A DNA stretch of 64,000 nucleotides from an uncultured bacterium (GCA_965112635.1 OZ218778.1:1312001-1376000), one strand, 5' to 3'. Counted from the first letter of the stretch, positions 47,410-57,505 are shown. Numbers and translations are program-made. Notes: a model not told the origin generated them from the sequence alone.

Positions 47410-48597
47410 TTAGCCGCGTTCAAGTCTATCCAAGAAAGCCTTGGCTGTAGCAGCCAGCAGAGCTGCGCCCACGGGTAAAACATCCTCGTCCATGTTGAAG
47501 TAGGGGCTGTGTAAGGGAGGCTCCCCATTTTTAGGTCTGGAACCGAGGAAAAAATAGACGGCTGGTTTTTGCCGGGCAAAACAAGAGAAATCTTCGCTCC
47601 CCATCTCGGGTTTGGCCTCGTGCAGGTGTCCTGGCCCCAAGAGGGAAACCGCTGTTTTTTGCAGTAGGGTGACCATCGCAGGATGGTTCCTGGTGGACGG
47701 ATAACCAGGAATGATCCTCAGTCGATAATCCCCGCCGAAATTTTTAGCCAGGTTGAAAGCATGGGCCAGTTCTGTGTGCAGGAGGCGGCGGATCCGGGGT
47801 GAAAAACTGCGGATGGTACCGCTTAGTCTAACCTCTGGAGGAATGATGTTGACAGCCGTGCCCGCGTGGATGGTCGTGACCGAGATGAGCCCTGGATCGA
47901 GCGGGTCAAGGCGGCGGGAAACGATGCTGTGGATAAGTCCGATGATCTGGGAAACTAGCCAAATAGGGTCTAAAGCTTTGTGGGGATAGGCGCCGTGGCC
48001 TCCGCGGCCGATGACCTCGGCTTCAAAGGCATCCATGGCCGCCATCACGGCGCCATGCCTGACCAAAACCTTTCCTCTGGGCGAAGTGCTGTCCAGGTGC
48101 AGGGCCATGACCGCGTCAATATTTTTTAGGACCCCTTCGTGAACCATGTAATATGCGCCTGACCTGCCGCTTGCGTCTGGATATTCTTCCGAGGGTTGAA
48201 AGATTAGGCGCACTTTGCCTTTTAGACGGCCTGCCTGCTTCTCTTTTTGTAAAAGCATGGCGGCGCCCAAAAGGCAGGCCACATGACCGTCGTGTCCGCA
48301 GGCGTGCATGACCCCTTTGTTCACGGAGCTGTAAGGGACCCGGTTCAGTTCCTGGATGGGCAGGGCGTCCATGTCAGCCCGGATAGCGATGCTGGGCCGG
48401 CCCTGGCCAATGTCCGCGACCAGGCCTGTCCTGGCTACCTTGGAATGAAAGGGGATCTTGAGACGGGAAAGATGGCTGGCGATCAGTCTGGCTGTGCGAA
48501 ACTCCTTGAACTGGAGTTCAGGGCGGCGGTGGATAGCGCGGCGAATGGAGATGAGCGTATTTTTTAACTCCTGAGCGCGTCGTAACAGGTCAGACAA
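47410..48597 (-). CDS. M20D-family amidohydrolase
   Basis: IHRRPEL, RADMDALP, MHACGHDGH, FQPSEE, GGHGA, GSEDFS; GGAGG RBS then TTG 48597. Confidence 0.92.
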   Translation of the reverse strand: MSDLLRRAQELKNTLISIRRAIHRRPELQFKEFRTARLIASHLSRLKIPFHSKVARTGLVADIGQGRPSIAIRADMDALPIQELNRVPYSSVNKGVMHACGHDGHVACLLGAAMLLQKEKQAGRLKGKVRLIFQPSEEYPDASGRSGAYYMVHEGVLKNIDAVMALHLDSTSPRGKVLVRHGAVMAAMDAFEAEVIGRGGHGAYPHKALDPIWLVSQIIGLIHSIVSRRLDPLDPGLISVTTIHAGTAVNIIPPEVRLSGTIRSFSPRIRRLLHTELAHAFNLAKNFGGDYRLRIIPGYPSTRNHPAMVTLLQKTAVSLLGPGHLHEAKPEMGSEDFSCFARQKPAVYFFLGSRPKNGEPPLHSPYFNMDEDVLPVGAALLAATAKAFLDRLERG

Positions 48598-48647
48598 ATA
48601 ACCTCCAAAAGAAAGAAAATCTATTCTCCCTATGATGATGTAGGAAT

Positions 48648-48672
48648 GCCGACGCTCCGCTTGAGCGTCGGC
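48648..48672 (-). other. Perfect 10-bp hairpin just 3' of tmRNA (no U-tract)
   Basis: GCCGACGCTC-CGCTT-GAGCGTCGGC. Confidence 0.6.
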
Positions 48673-48680
48673 CATCATTA

Positions 48681-49027
48681 TGGTGGAGGCGGTGGGAATT
48701 GAACCCACGTCCGAGTTTCATTTCATCAAAGCATCTACAAGTTTGTCCTTTGATTTGGCCTCTCGCAGAATAAAGCTCCCAAAGGCAAGATCTTTATCCT
48801 ACCAGCCCTGTTCAATCTCGTTTTTGCTTGGGAAGGTACCCTTCAAAAACCAGCCTGCTCCGGTCACTTTTCTCCCCCCGCAGGCAGGAAAAGAAAGTGT
48901 AGCCGCTTTTAAGCGGCTAGTGCTAATTCTTGATTAGCAGTTATGTTTTTCCCACCTTTTAACGAGCGGATGGGTGCTCGACCTGCTTCTTTGATTGCCT
49001 GATACCCGTCGAAACCTTTTCGCCCCC
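48681..49027 (-). ncRNA. ssrA: tmRNA; tag peptide (A)ANQELALAA
   Basis: Minus strand begins GGGGGCGAAAAGGTTTCGACGGG and ends GGTTCAATTCCCACCGCCTCCACCA; tag ORF 48938-48909 follows ATAACT. Confidence 0.96.
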
Positions 49028-49183
49028 TTTACCTAATAGATAGTAGCTTACTTCAGTATATCCTAATTTTAGGCCCGGTTTCACTACTAATCTCGGCTAG
49101 TTGGAATGATGGTTATTTTTTGTAATCTATTATTATATAATCAATCGATTTATGACCAGGCCAAAAAAGGACCGTTAACACTT

Positions 49184-51574
49184 ATGGGTATTTACCAAAC
49201 ATGCAACCGCATCAGACTGATTTGTTGTTTGCTGCTTTTCCTATTATTAATAACCGCTACAGGTTTATTTGCTGTTTCCTCCCTGGAAGAGCAAGGGCTC
49301 ACCGCCTACCTTAGCGGCGACTTGGTCCGCGCCACCCAGTACCTGGAAAAAGCCATTGCCACCAACCAAGCATCCCCAAAGGCCAGCGTCTATCTGATCA
49401 AGGTCTACTTAGAGCTGTCCCATGACTATTTTGACAAGAAACAGTACAGCCAAGCCCTGGGCGTCCTAAACAAAGCGCTCAAGATGAGCCCCGATAACAA
49501 AGACATTCAGGATATATACCGGTGGGTCAACGAGTCCTACCAGCAGGAAAAGAACCAGAAGCTGCTGGCGAAAAAGCCCCCAAAACCAAAACCGACGGCG
49601 AAAAAGAAGGTCAAAAAAACCGCAGCGAACGCGCTGGCCGCGCCGGTCACCCTGACGGCCGTGACGGTCGAACCGACCAAAGAAGCGGTCAATGTGGTCT
49701 CTTTGACCGCCACGGCGGCTTTGATAGAAGACCACTTCAAGGCTATCATCAAGACCCAGCAGAGCGAACTCCTTACCGAGCAAAGAGCCATCAACGAGAC
49801 CGTCAGCAACCGCGTGCAGAGCACGGTGAACACCTTGCTCATTCTGGGCGGGGCCGCGGTGTTGCTGATCCTTTTGATCTTCATGTTCATCATGAAGCGG
49901 CAGAGGCGTTTCTTTAAATCCGAGGAAGAACACTTCTTGGGTGTTCTCAACGATCAGAATACCGCGCTGGCCAAGGGGGCTGTCACCTTGGCGTCCAAAA
50001 AAGCCGGGGCTGGTGCCCAGATCTCCACGGGCGAGATGCTATCCGACCCTAATCCCCGGATCAGGGCCAAAGGGATCGAGCTTTTGGACCAGGAGTTCCA
50101 GCTGGAGAACACGTCCAAGGAGATCGCCCTTAAGGTCCTGAACCCGTTCGCCATGGATCCCAATAACCGGGTCCTGGGCAATGTGGCCAAGGCCATGTAC
50201 CGCTATGACCCCAACCGGGCCAAAGCCCTCATCAAGTCCATGCTGGAGAATTCCAATGTTTTTATGCGGCTTTCAGCCGTGTGGGTTTGCGGTGAGATAG
50301 GCGACCCCATAATCCTGGACATGGTCATTAACCTGGCCGAGGCTGTGCAGCCGCCATTAACTCAGCGGGTCAAGAAAACGCTGGAAAAAATTGCCGAGCT
50401 GAAAAACCCTGAAATTATCAAGCGAAAAGAGACCATTTTCCAGAAGATTCAGCACTTAGCGGCCAAGGAAAAAGAAGGGCTGGCCCAAGGTTTCGGAAAC
50501 TATCCCGCCTCTGAGGATGGGCGGGGACCATCTAAACCCAGCGCACCGGAGTTTGACCCGCTCCTGAGGGAGCGCGATATGGAGATCAAGGCTTTGAAAG
50601 AACAGATTAACAAGATCAGCGAACTTAAGATAGAGCTCCAGAACGACCTGTGTTCCTTCACGGAAGAACAGGAAAGGCTGAAGGAATCCCTAGATCGGTC
50701 TAAAAAAGAGGCGTTGGGACAAAAAAAATCCCTGGCCGAGAAAGAGAGCGAACTGCGGGAGGCCAGGGACGGGTTGTCTGAACTAGAGGAAAATCTAAAA
50801 ACCCTCAGCGAAGACCTGGCCAGGCAAAAAAAGATGAACGAGAAGGCCGAGAGCGAGAAGAAAGATATTTCCGCCCGGGAAAAGTCCCTGCAGGCGGAAC
50901 TCGTTAAGATGGGGCAGGAGGCTGTGGACGGCCAGGAACTGTCAAGTCAACTCCAAAAATTGGAGAAAGATTTAAAGGAAAAGCAGAAAGACGGAAGGGA
51001 AAAAGAGGCGAAACTGGACGAAATCACGAAAGAAATGGACCGGAAGGAAAAAGAGTTTGAAAAGCTGCTGCATAGCCACCAACAATTGCAGAAAAAACTA
51101 CTGGACAAGGAGAAAAGCAGCCAGGATAGCCTGGCCAATTTAAAGGAAGAGATGGAGCAGCAGGCCCAGGAGGCGCGCAAGGAGCGGGAACAGTTGAAGG
51201 AGAAGGCTGTCAAACTGGAGGAGCAGGTCAAAAAAGCAAAGGAAGATCATTTGCGGGAAATCCGGGAGATCAGGGTAGCTGGTGAGCAGGGCTCCCTGGC
51301 CACCAAAGAAAGTGAAATGCTCCGCCGAGAAAACGAGTCCCTGCAGCACGAGATCGATTTGCTCAAGATCAAGATCGAGAAGCTTTCACTGGAAGGTGAT
51401 ATCCAATCGCGGCGCCATGAAGAGGTCCAGGCAGGAATCAAAGAAAGCGCGGACAGCTTGACCAGGAGCAGGGAAGAGGTTTTGAGACTTCAAAAGGAGA
51501 ACGCAGAAATAAAAAAAGCCCTGGAATATAGTTTGCATAAGTTGCACGACCTGGAAAACGGAAAAACATCTTAG
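49184..51574 (+). CDS. Signal peptide-TPR-TM-HEAT repeat protein with long C-terminal coiled coil (paralog B)
   Basis: Same modules as 45987-47366 (YLIKVYLE, MSPDNKDI, DPNPRIRAKGIELL, DPNNRV, SAVWVCGEIGDP) plus ~340 aa E/K/Q/L-rich heptads. Confidence 0.75.
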   Translation: MGIYQTCNRIRLICCLLLFLLLITATGLFAVSSLEEQGLTAYLSGDLVRATQYLEKAIATNQASPKASVYLIKVYLELSHDYFDKKQYSQALGVLNKALKMSPDNKDIQDIYRWVNESYQQEKNQKLLAKKPPKPKPTAKKKVKKTAANALAAPVTLTAVTVEPTKEAVNVVSLTATAALIEDHFKAIIKTQQSELLTEQRAINETVSNRVQSTVNTLLILGGAAVLLILLIFMFIMKRQRRFFKSEEEHFLGVLNDQNTALAKGAVTLASKKAGAGAQISTGEMLSDPNPRIRAKGIELLDQEFQLENTSKEIALKVLNPFAMDPNNRVLGNVAKAMYRYDPNRAKALIKSMLENSNVFMRLSAVWVCGEIGDPIILDMVINLAEAVQPPLTQRVKKTLEKIAELKNPEIIKRKETIFQKIQHLAAKEKEGLAQGFGNYPASEDGRGPSKPSAPEFDPLLRERDMEIKALKEQINKISELKIELQNDLCSFTEEQERLKESLDRSKKEALGQKKSLAEKESELREARDGLSELEENLKTLSEDLARQKKMNEKAESEKKDISAREKSLQAELVKMGQEAVDGQELSSQLQKLEKDLKEKQKDGREKEAKLDEITKEMDRKEKEFEKLLHSHQQLQKKLLDKEKSSQDSLANLKEEMEQQAQEARKEREQLKEKAVKLEEQVKKAKEDHLREIREIRVAGEQGSLATKESEMLRRENESLQHEIDLLKIKIEKLSLEGDIQSRRHEEVQAGIKESADSLTRSREEVLRLQKENAEIKKALEYSLHKLHDLENGKTS

Positions 51575-51743
51575 GTATACATTGATTTTTCCGTCCTTTT
51601 AAACCCGCAAAATGGACTACCGACCCGGATCCTAAAATAAGAACGGAGAAAGTGTTGCAAAAAACAGCCATTTTTAAGCTTTTTTTAGGGTTTTTCGGGG
51701 TAGACACATTGGAAAAATGAGGAGAAAATAAATCAAGTTTGGT

Positions 51744-51771
51744 GGAACTTTTAGACCTCTTTTTTGTCTAA
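51744..51771 (+). promoter_or_regulatory. Putative ECF sigma (RpoE/AlgU-type) promoter
   Basis: GGAACTT 51744-51750, then GTCTAA 51766-51771 (GAACTT-N16-TCTAA). Confidence 0.55.
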
Positions 51772-51878
51772 TTTTACAACGATTTCGGGGCAATGGATTG
51801 CAATGAAAGTTCTTTGAACCAGAGTATAATGATAACAAATCGGCAGTACTTTTAGCTGAGAACAGGGAGGTTGTTCAT

Positions 51879-53438
51879 ATGTTTAAAAAAATCCAGTTTG
51901 TCTGTGCCCTGACAGCCTTGACGGTTTTTGGCGGAGCAGGATTTTTGTTTGGAGCTGGCCTAGGATACCCGCCAGCCAGTGTGATGGACGTTGAAAACTG
52001 GCAATGGATCTGCCACTGCCAAACCCTGCATACTGCCTATAAAGCGGCCTATGGAGACACCGGTATTGTGTGTCATTTTGGGGATTCCATCACCTACGCC
52101 AACCAGTATGGTGTTTGGGCCGACAGGTCCGGAGGACCCGGTTTTACGGCGGCTGACACTTTGGTCACGCAATGGATGCATGTGGGCGGGCCGGGTGACC
52201 CGAATCCAGTGAGTCCTTATTCATTGCCCGCTAATTGTGCAACGATCACAGGTTGGTGGCAAAAGGATGGGTTTAGTTTGCAACGCGTGGATATGACCTA
52301 CGACGGGTCATACACGGCGATGAGCGGTATTACAACGGACCAATATTTAAATGGGACAGATAACCTTCCCGTGCCCAGTGCGATGATAAATTGCTTTAAC
52401 CCTGAAATAATCGTAATTCTGCTGGGGACCAATGACGCGAAAACCGCGGTTCCAGTAGCGACAATGCAAGCCAATTTGAATTCTATCGTCCAGGAGTGCA
52501 TGGCCAAAAATGGCATCCCCATCCTGACCACTCTGCCTCCGAGCTGCGCGGGATTTGACGTAACGAATTACAACACGGCGATCATGACCGTAGCGCAGAA
52601 TAACCAAATACCGGTGATCGGGTTTAACCAGGCTATCATGTTTGAACAGCCCGGGGGGACAGAGACTGCAGGTCCTTGGTCATCGACTTTGATAAGTGCT
52701 GATTGTATCCATCCAAGCGGCACAGATGCCAGTAGCGACCCGACGGCGAACAATTACGCGGACCTACAGCAAGGAGGATATCTATTACGGACGTGGCTGA
52801 CTATAAAGAAGATCGAGGAGGTGTACGCGAATTGCGTGACCGGCACAGCCTGCGGGGCGAGCACCAATACTGCTACTGCGACCCCTGGTTTGCCCGCGAA
52901 TACAGCTACTGCTACAAACACAGCGACTTTCACGCCACCGCCTCCAGGTTCTACCAACACAAACACTTTCACGGAGACCGCGACCCCTATTCCTCCCACA
53001 CCGATACCGACCCCTATACCTCCCACACCGGTACCGACCAATACGTTGACGCCCACAGTGACCGCTGCGGGACCTACCAGCACCAATACGGCGACCTTTA
53101 CTATTTCCTATACCCCAACCATCACCGACACTCCGACCACGGTCCCCACGCCGCCGCAGCAGACCTACAGTTACCCCAACCCAATAGATTTCAACAAGTA
53201 TAACTATGTAACTATTGCGTTCCCCGCGGAACCGGATAATAACGTGACCATTTATGTGGTCAACATCGCCGGGGAAACGGTGGCCACGGTTCCTCTAGCC
53301 TCCATCCACGCCACGGAAGGATGGGCCAGGTGGGACGGCAAGGATAGCAGCGGCAAAATTGTGGCCACGGGCATGTATTTTTATTTTGTCAGGTCCAGCC
53401 ACATGAGGATGCGCCAGAAATTGACGCTTATTAATTGA
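51879..53438 (+). CDS. Secreted SGNH/GDSL hydrolase with Pro/Thr linker and FlgD-Ig/sorting-like C-terminal domain
   Basis: Signal peptide; GDSIT, LGTND, DCIHP; ~100 aa T/P-rich linker; YPNP...NIAGETV...WDGKDSSGKIVATGMYFY. Confidence 0.8.
   Translation: MFKKIQFVCALTALTVFGGAGFLFGAGLGYPPASVMDVENWQWICHCQTLHTAYKAAYGDTGIVCHFGDSITYANQYGVWADRSGGPGFTAADTLVTQWMHVGGPGDPNPVSPYSLPANCATITGWWQKDGFSLQRVDMTYDGSYTAMSGITTDQYLNGTDNLPVPSAMINCFNPEIIVILLGTNDAKTAVPVATMQANLNSIVQECMAKNGIPILTTLPPSCAGFDVTNYNTAIMTVAQNNQIPVIGFNQAIMFEQPGGTETAGPWSSTLISADCIHPSGTDASSDPTANNYADLQQGGYLLRTWLTIKKIEEVYANCVTGTACGASTNTATATPGLPANTATATNTATFTPPPPGSTNTNTFTETATPIPPTPIPTPIPPTPVPTNTLTPTVTAAGPTSTNTATFTISYTPTITDTPTTVPTPPQQTYSYPNPIDFNKYNYVTIAFPAEPDNNVTIYVVNIAGETVATVPLASIHATEGWARWDGKDSSGKIVATGMYFYFVRSSHMRMRQKLTLIN
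52981..53039 (+). repeat. 27-bp in-frame tandem repeat (TPIPPTPIP-like) in the linker
   Basis: CGACCCCTATTCCTCCCACACCGATAC followed by CGACCCCTATACCTCCCACACCGGTAC. Confidence 0.8.
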
Positions 53439-53469
53439 AGAAAGCGGATGATATCGGCCTGAAGTTTAT

Positions 53470-53514
53470 AAACCGCCTAGGGCAGTCAAGATTAGCTCTA
53501 GGCGGTTTTGTTTT
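53470..53514 (+). terminator. Rho-independent terminator
   Basis: AAACCGCCTAGGGC...GCTCTAGGCGGTTTT followed by GTTTT. Confidence 0.75.
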
Positions 53515-53670
53515 GAGGGCAGCGTTCCTTATCAATTCTTGCTGGGTTTCTTCCGACGAAGCCCTTGGATATGTCTTGGGAAAATAGTTCGTCCGGCTTT
53601 ACAACCGCGCAACCATTTGGTATCTTTTTGTTACCAAAACGCAACTATTTTGAGGAAAGGGGAATCATCC

Positions 53671-54819
53671 ATGAAGAAAAAATATATCATGTCACCGGGG
53701 CCTGTCCCGATCCCGCCAACCGTGCTTTCCCTGGCGGCAGAGCCCATTATTCATCACCGCACTCCAGAGTTTCGGAAGGCTTTTGCGGAGGTTTGCGAGG
53801 GGTTAAAGGAAGTATTCAGAACAAAACAAGATGTCATCACTCTGGCGTCTTCAGGCACGGGCGGAATGGAATGCGCCTGCGTGAGCCTTTTGTCGCCGGG
53901 TGACACGGCTTTGGTCCTCGAAGTCGGGGTGTTCAGCAACCGTTGGGCCAAGATATTAGAAGCCTACGGCGTCAAAGCGGAAAAGCTTCCCTTTGAGTGG
54001 GGCAAGCCCGCTGACCCCAAAGCGGTGGCAGCCAAGCTCAAGGAGATGCCCCAAACCAAGGCCGTTTTCACGACCTTGAGCGAGACCTCCACAGGCGTGG
54101 AGAACGACATCAAAGCCCTGGCTGAGGTGGTCGGCAAGACCCCGGCTGTCCTGGTGGTGGACGCGGTGAGCGGCCTGGGGGCCATTCCTTATTACATGGA
54201 CGACTGGAAAGTGGACTGCACGGTGGTGGGGTCCCAAAAAGGGTTCATGGTGCCGCCCGGACTGGCTTTTGTGGCCATGAGCGACAAAGCCCAGGCCCTG
54301 GCCAAACAATCCAAATTGCCCAAGTTCTACTTTTCTTTCCTGACGGCCCTGGAAAAGCTCAAGGCCGAGAAGCTTCCTGACACGCCCTACACTCCGGCGA
54401 TATCCCTCATTTTGCAACTCAGGGAATCCCTCAGGCTGATCAAAGAAGAGGGCCTGGAGAATTGCTGGGCCAGGCACGCCAGGCTGGCCAAAGCCACCCG
54501 GGAGGCGGTCAAGGCCCTGGGCCTCAAGCTCTTGGCCCCGGACGCTCCGAGCAACGCGGTGACGGCTATCATCGCTCCGGAGGGGATCGACGGCACGGAG
54601 ATCAATAAAATATTCAGGGATAAATACGGCATTTCCATCGCGGCCGGACAAGGCAAGCTCAAAGGTAAGATCTTCAGGATCGGCCATCTGGGATACGTGG
54701 ACGAGACCGATGTGATCATGACCATCGGCATCCTCGAAATGGTCCTGGCCGAGATCAAATACCAGGTCGTACGCGGCCAAGGCGTGACCGCTGCCCAAAA
54801 AGTATTCCAGGGCTTGTAA
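53671..54819 (+). CDS. Class V aminotransferase (alanine-glyoxylate/serine-pyruvate family)
   Basis: PGPVP, HHRT, SGTGGME, ETSTGV, VDAVS, GSQKGFMVPPGL, FRIGHLG. Confidence 0.9.
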   Translation: MKKKYIMSPGPVPIPPTVLSLAAEPIIHHRTPEFRKAFAEVCEGLKEVFRTKQDVITLASSGTGGMECACVSLLSPGDTALVLEVGVFSNRWAKILEAYGVKAEKLPFEWGKPADPKAVAAKLKEMPQTKAVFTTLSETSTGVENDIKALAEVVGKTPAVLVVDAVSGLGAIPYYMDDWKVDCTVVGSQKGFMVPPGLAFVAMSDKAQALAKQSKLPKFYFSFLTALEKLKAEKLPDTPYTPAISLILQLRESLRLIKEEGLENCWARHARLAKATREAVKALGLKLLAPDAPSNAVTAIIAPEGIDGTEINKIFRDKYGISIAAGQGKLKGKIFRIGHLGYVDETDVIMTIGILEMVLAEIKYQVVRGQGVTAAQKVFQGL

Positions 54820-54857
54820 GTAAATCACGCAGAATTAGACAGGGAATGAGGAGAAAA

Positions 54858-56363
54858 ATGGCTGAAAAAATGAAGATATTACTGGCAGCTTCAGAAGTGG
54901 TGCCCTTTGCCAAGACCGGCGGCCTGGCCGACGTGGCCGGGGCTTTGCCCAAGGCTTTGACAGCCCTGGGTCATGATGTCCGGGTCATCCTGCCGAAATA
55001 TAAAGCGGTCGATGACAAGAAGTTCAGCCTCAAGACGGTCATCGAGAAGATGGACGTCCCGGTGGGGGAGATGCTCTACGCCTGCAAGGTCAAATCCAGC
55101 GTGATCCCCAACACCTCCATTCCGGTCTATTTCATCGAAGAGAACTCTTTTTTCAACCGCGATGAACTATACCGCACCAAGGCCGGTGATTTTCCGGATA
55201 ATTTGGAAAGGTTCACCCTATACAGCCGGGGAGTTTTGGAACTGGTCAAACGGCTCAACTGGCAGCCGGATGTCATCCATTGCAACGACTGGCAGACCGC
55301 GCTTATCCCCACCTATATAAAGACCTTGTACTGGACAGACCCTTTTTACAAGGACATCGCCACAATATTCACCATCCATAACCTGGCCTACCAGGGGGTA
55401 TTCCACAGGGAAAGCTTGAGGGTGACTGGACTGGGCTGGGACGTTTTTACCCCGGACAAGCTGGAGTTCTGGGGCCAGATCAACCTGATGAAAGCGGGAC
55501 TGGTATACTCGGATATTTTGAACACCGTGAGCCAGCAGTACAGCAAGGAGATCCAGACCGGCGACGAGTACGGCCGGGGATTGGAAGGCGTCCTGAAATA
55601 CCGTTCCAACGACCTTTTCGGCATCGTCAACGGCATCGACTACGAGGAGTGGAGCCCGTCCGTGGACACGGTCCTGGCGCCCAACCATTATTCAGCTTCC
55701 AGCATCAGCAAAAAAGCGGTGATCAAAAAGATGCTGACTGAAAAGGTCGGCCTGCCCTTCCAGGAAAAGGTGCCGGTCCTGGGGCTTATTTCCAGGCTGG
55801 ACGACCAAAAGGGCCTGGACCTCATTGCGGCCATCACCAAGGACCTGATGAAATTGGACCTCCAGCTGGTCATTCTTGGCACCGGCGAGCAAAAATACCA
55901 CGATCTTTTTACCCAGCTTAAAAAAGACTATCCCGCTAAAGCCGGAGTCACCCTGGGGTTCTTTAACGACCTGGCCCATTTCATCTATGGCGGCAGCGAC
56001 TTTTTCCTCATGCCCTCGAGATTCGAACCGTGCGGGCTGGGGCAGCTGATCTCTTTGAGTTACGGGACCATCCCCATTGTCCGCAAGACCGGCGGTTTGG
56101 CCGATACCATCACGGAGTTCAACCCCAAGACCGGCAAGGGCAACGGGTTCGTGTTCAGCGAGTACGACCCCAAGGCCCTGCTGGCGACCGTCCAAAGAGG
56201 CCTGGCAGTCTATAAAAACGCTTCCCAGTGGACCAGCCTGGTCAAGGCGGCCATGCAGAACGATTTTTCGTGGAAAGTCTCGGCTCAGAAATACGCTGAC
56301 CTGTACCAAAAGGCCATCAACAAGCGCAGACACCCCCAGGCTGCCCCCAAGCACGACAAATAA
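54858..56363 (+). CDS. glgA: Glycogen synthase
   Basis: KTGGLADV, HCNDWQT, TIHNLAYQG, QKGLDL, PSRFEPCGL; exact start uncertain (54846/54858/54870). Confidence 0.95.
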   Translation: MAEKMKILLAASEVVPFAKTGGLADVAGALPKALTALGHDVRVILPKYKAVDDKKFSLKTVIEKMDVPVGEMLYACKVKSSVIPNTSIPVYFIEENSFFNRDELYRTKAGDFPDNLERFTLYSRGVLELVKRLNWQPDVIHCNDWQTALIPTYIKTLYWTDPFYKDIATIFTIHNLAYQGVFHRESLRVTGLGWDVFTPDKLEFWGQINLMKAGLVYSDILNTVSQQYSKEIQTGDEYGRGLEGVLKYRSNDLFGIVNGIDYEEWSPSVDTVLAPNHYSASSISKKAVIKKMLTEKVGLPFQEKVPVLGLISRLDDQKGLDLIAAITKDLMKLDLQLVILGTGEQKYHDLFTQLKKDYPAKAGVTLGFFNDLAHFIYGGSDFFLMPSRFEPCGLGQLISLSYGTIPIVRKTGGLADTITEFNPKTGKGNGFVFSEYDPKALLATVQRGLAVYKNASQWTSLVKAAMQNDFSWKVSAQKYADLYQKAINKRRHPQAAPKHDK

Positions 56364-56374
56364 AGGAAGTTTTC

Positions 56375-57470
56375 ATGGACCTCAAGGCTGAGCTGGACCA
56401 GCTCCAGCAAAAAATCATCGATTTGCGGAGGTTTCTTTGACCCTCCTTCGGCAGGCGAGGAGATCAAGGAGCTAGAAAAACAGGTTTCCCAGCCTGATTT
56501 TTGGAACGACAGCATCCAGGCCCAGAAGGTCTCCGGTCGCCTGCACCTCCTCAGAGAAGAACAGAAACTCTTCAGCGGATACAACCAAAAACTCCAGGAC
56601 CTGTTGGCAGCGCTGGAGCTGTTAAAGAATGAAACCGACCCGGCCCTGGAAAAAGAGATCACCGCTGACCTAGAATCCCTGCAAAAACAGGTGGGCCAGG
56701 AAGAACTCAAACGCCTGTTCACCCTGCCTTACGACATCAATAGCGCCATCATCAGCATCCATCCCGGAGCAGGGGGCACTGAGTCGCAGGACTGGGCCCA
56801 GATGCTTCTGCGGCTCTATCTGCGTTACTGCGAGCGGCGCGGCTGGAAAACCGAAGTGGTGGATATGCTCCCTGGAGAAGAAGCCGGGATCAAAAGCGTG
56901 ACCTTTACGGTGGAAGGCATCTATGCCTACGGCTACCTCAAGGCGGAAAAAGGGGTGCATCGCCTGGTGCGCATCTCGCCTTTTGACGCCAACAAGAGGC
57001 GCCACACCTCGTTCGCTTCGGTGGATGTGCTGCCGGAGATCGACGAGACTGTCGCGGTGGATATCAAAGAGGACGACCTGAGGATAGACACTTTTAGGGC
57101 CAGCGGCGCGGGCGGCCAGCACGTCAACAAGACCAGTTCGGCCATCCGCATCACCCACCTGCCCACCAACACCGTGGTGCAGTGCCAGAACGAGAGGTCC
57201 CAGTACAAGAACAAGGCCATGGCCATGAAGGTCCTCCGGGCCAGGTTGTTCCAGCTGGAGGAGGAAAAGCGCCGGGAAAAAATGAAAAAGATCCAGGGGG
57301 TCAAAAAAGACATTGCCTGGGGAAGCCAGATACGCTCCTATGTGTTCCAGCCCTATACCCTGGTCAAGGACCACCGCACCGAGGTGGAGGTCGGCAACGT
57401 GCAGGCGGTCATGGACGGGGATATCGACGTGTTTATCGAAGCCTTTCTTAAAAGCGGAGCCGCGGCCTAA
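56375..57470 (+). CDS. prfB: Peptide chain release factor 2 with programmed +1 frameshift
   Basis: ATG 56375, 21 codons to CTT-TGA-C (56435-56441) with internal GGAGG upstream; +1 frame gives FWND, SPF, GGQ. Confidence 0.96.
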
Positions 57471-57505
57471 GGCGATTTGGGGTACAATTTAGCCAGAGGA
57501 AAAGC

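Noticed and set aside
48598-48937. ORF 48680-48937 and the N-terminal extension of the amidohydrolase to 48708
   Set aside because: Both overlap the tmRNA; the RBS supports TTG 48597 as the real start
48600-49100. Genomic island integrated at ssrA
   Set aside because: No integrase, and no duplicated ssrA 3' end was seen downstream
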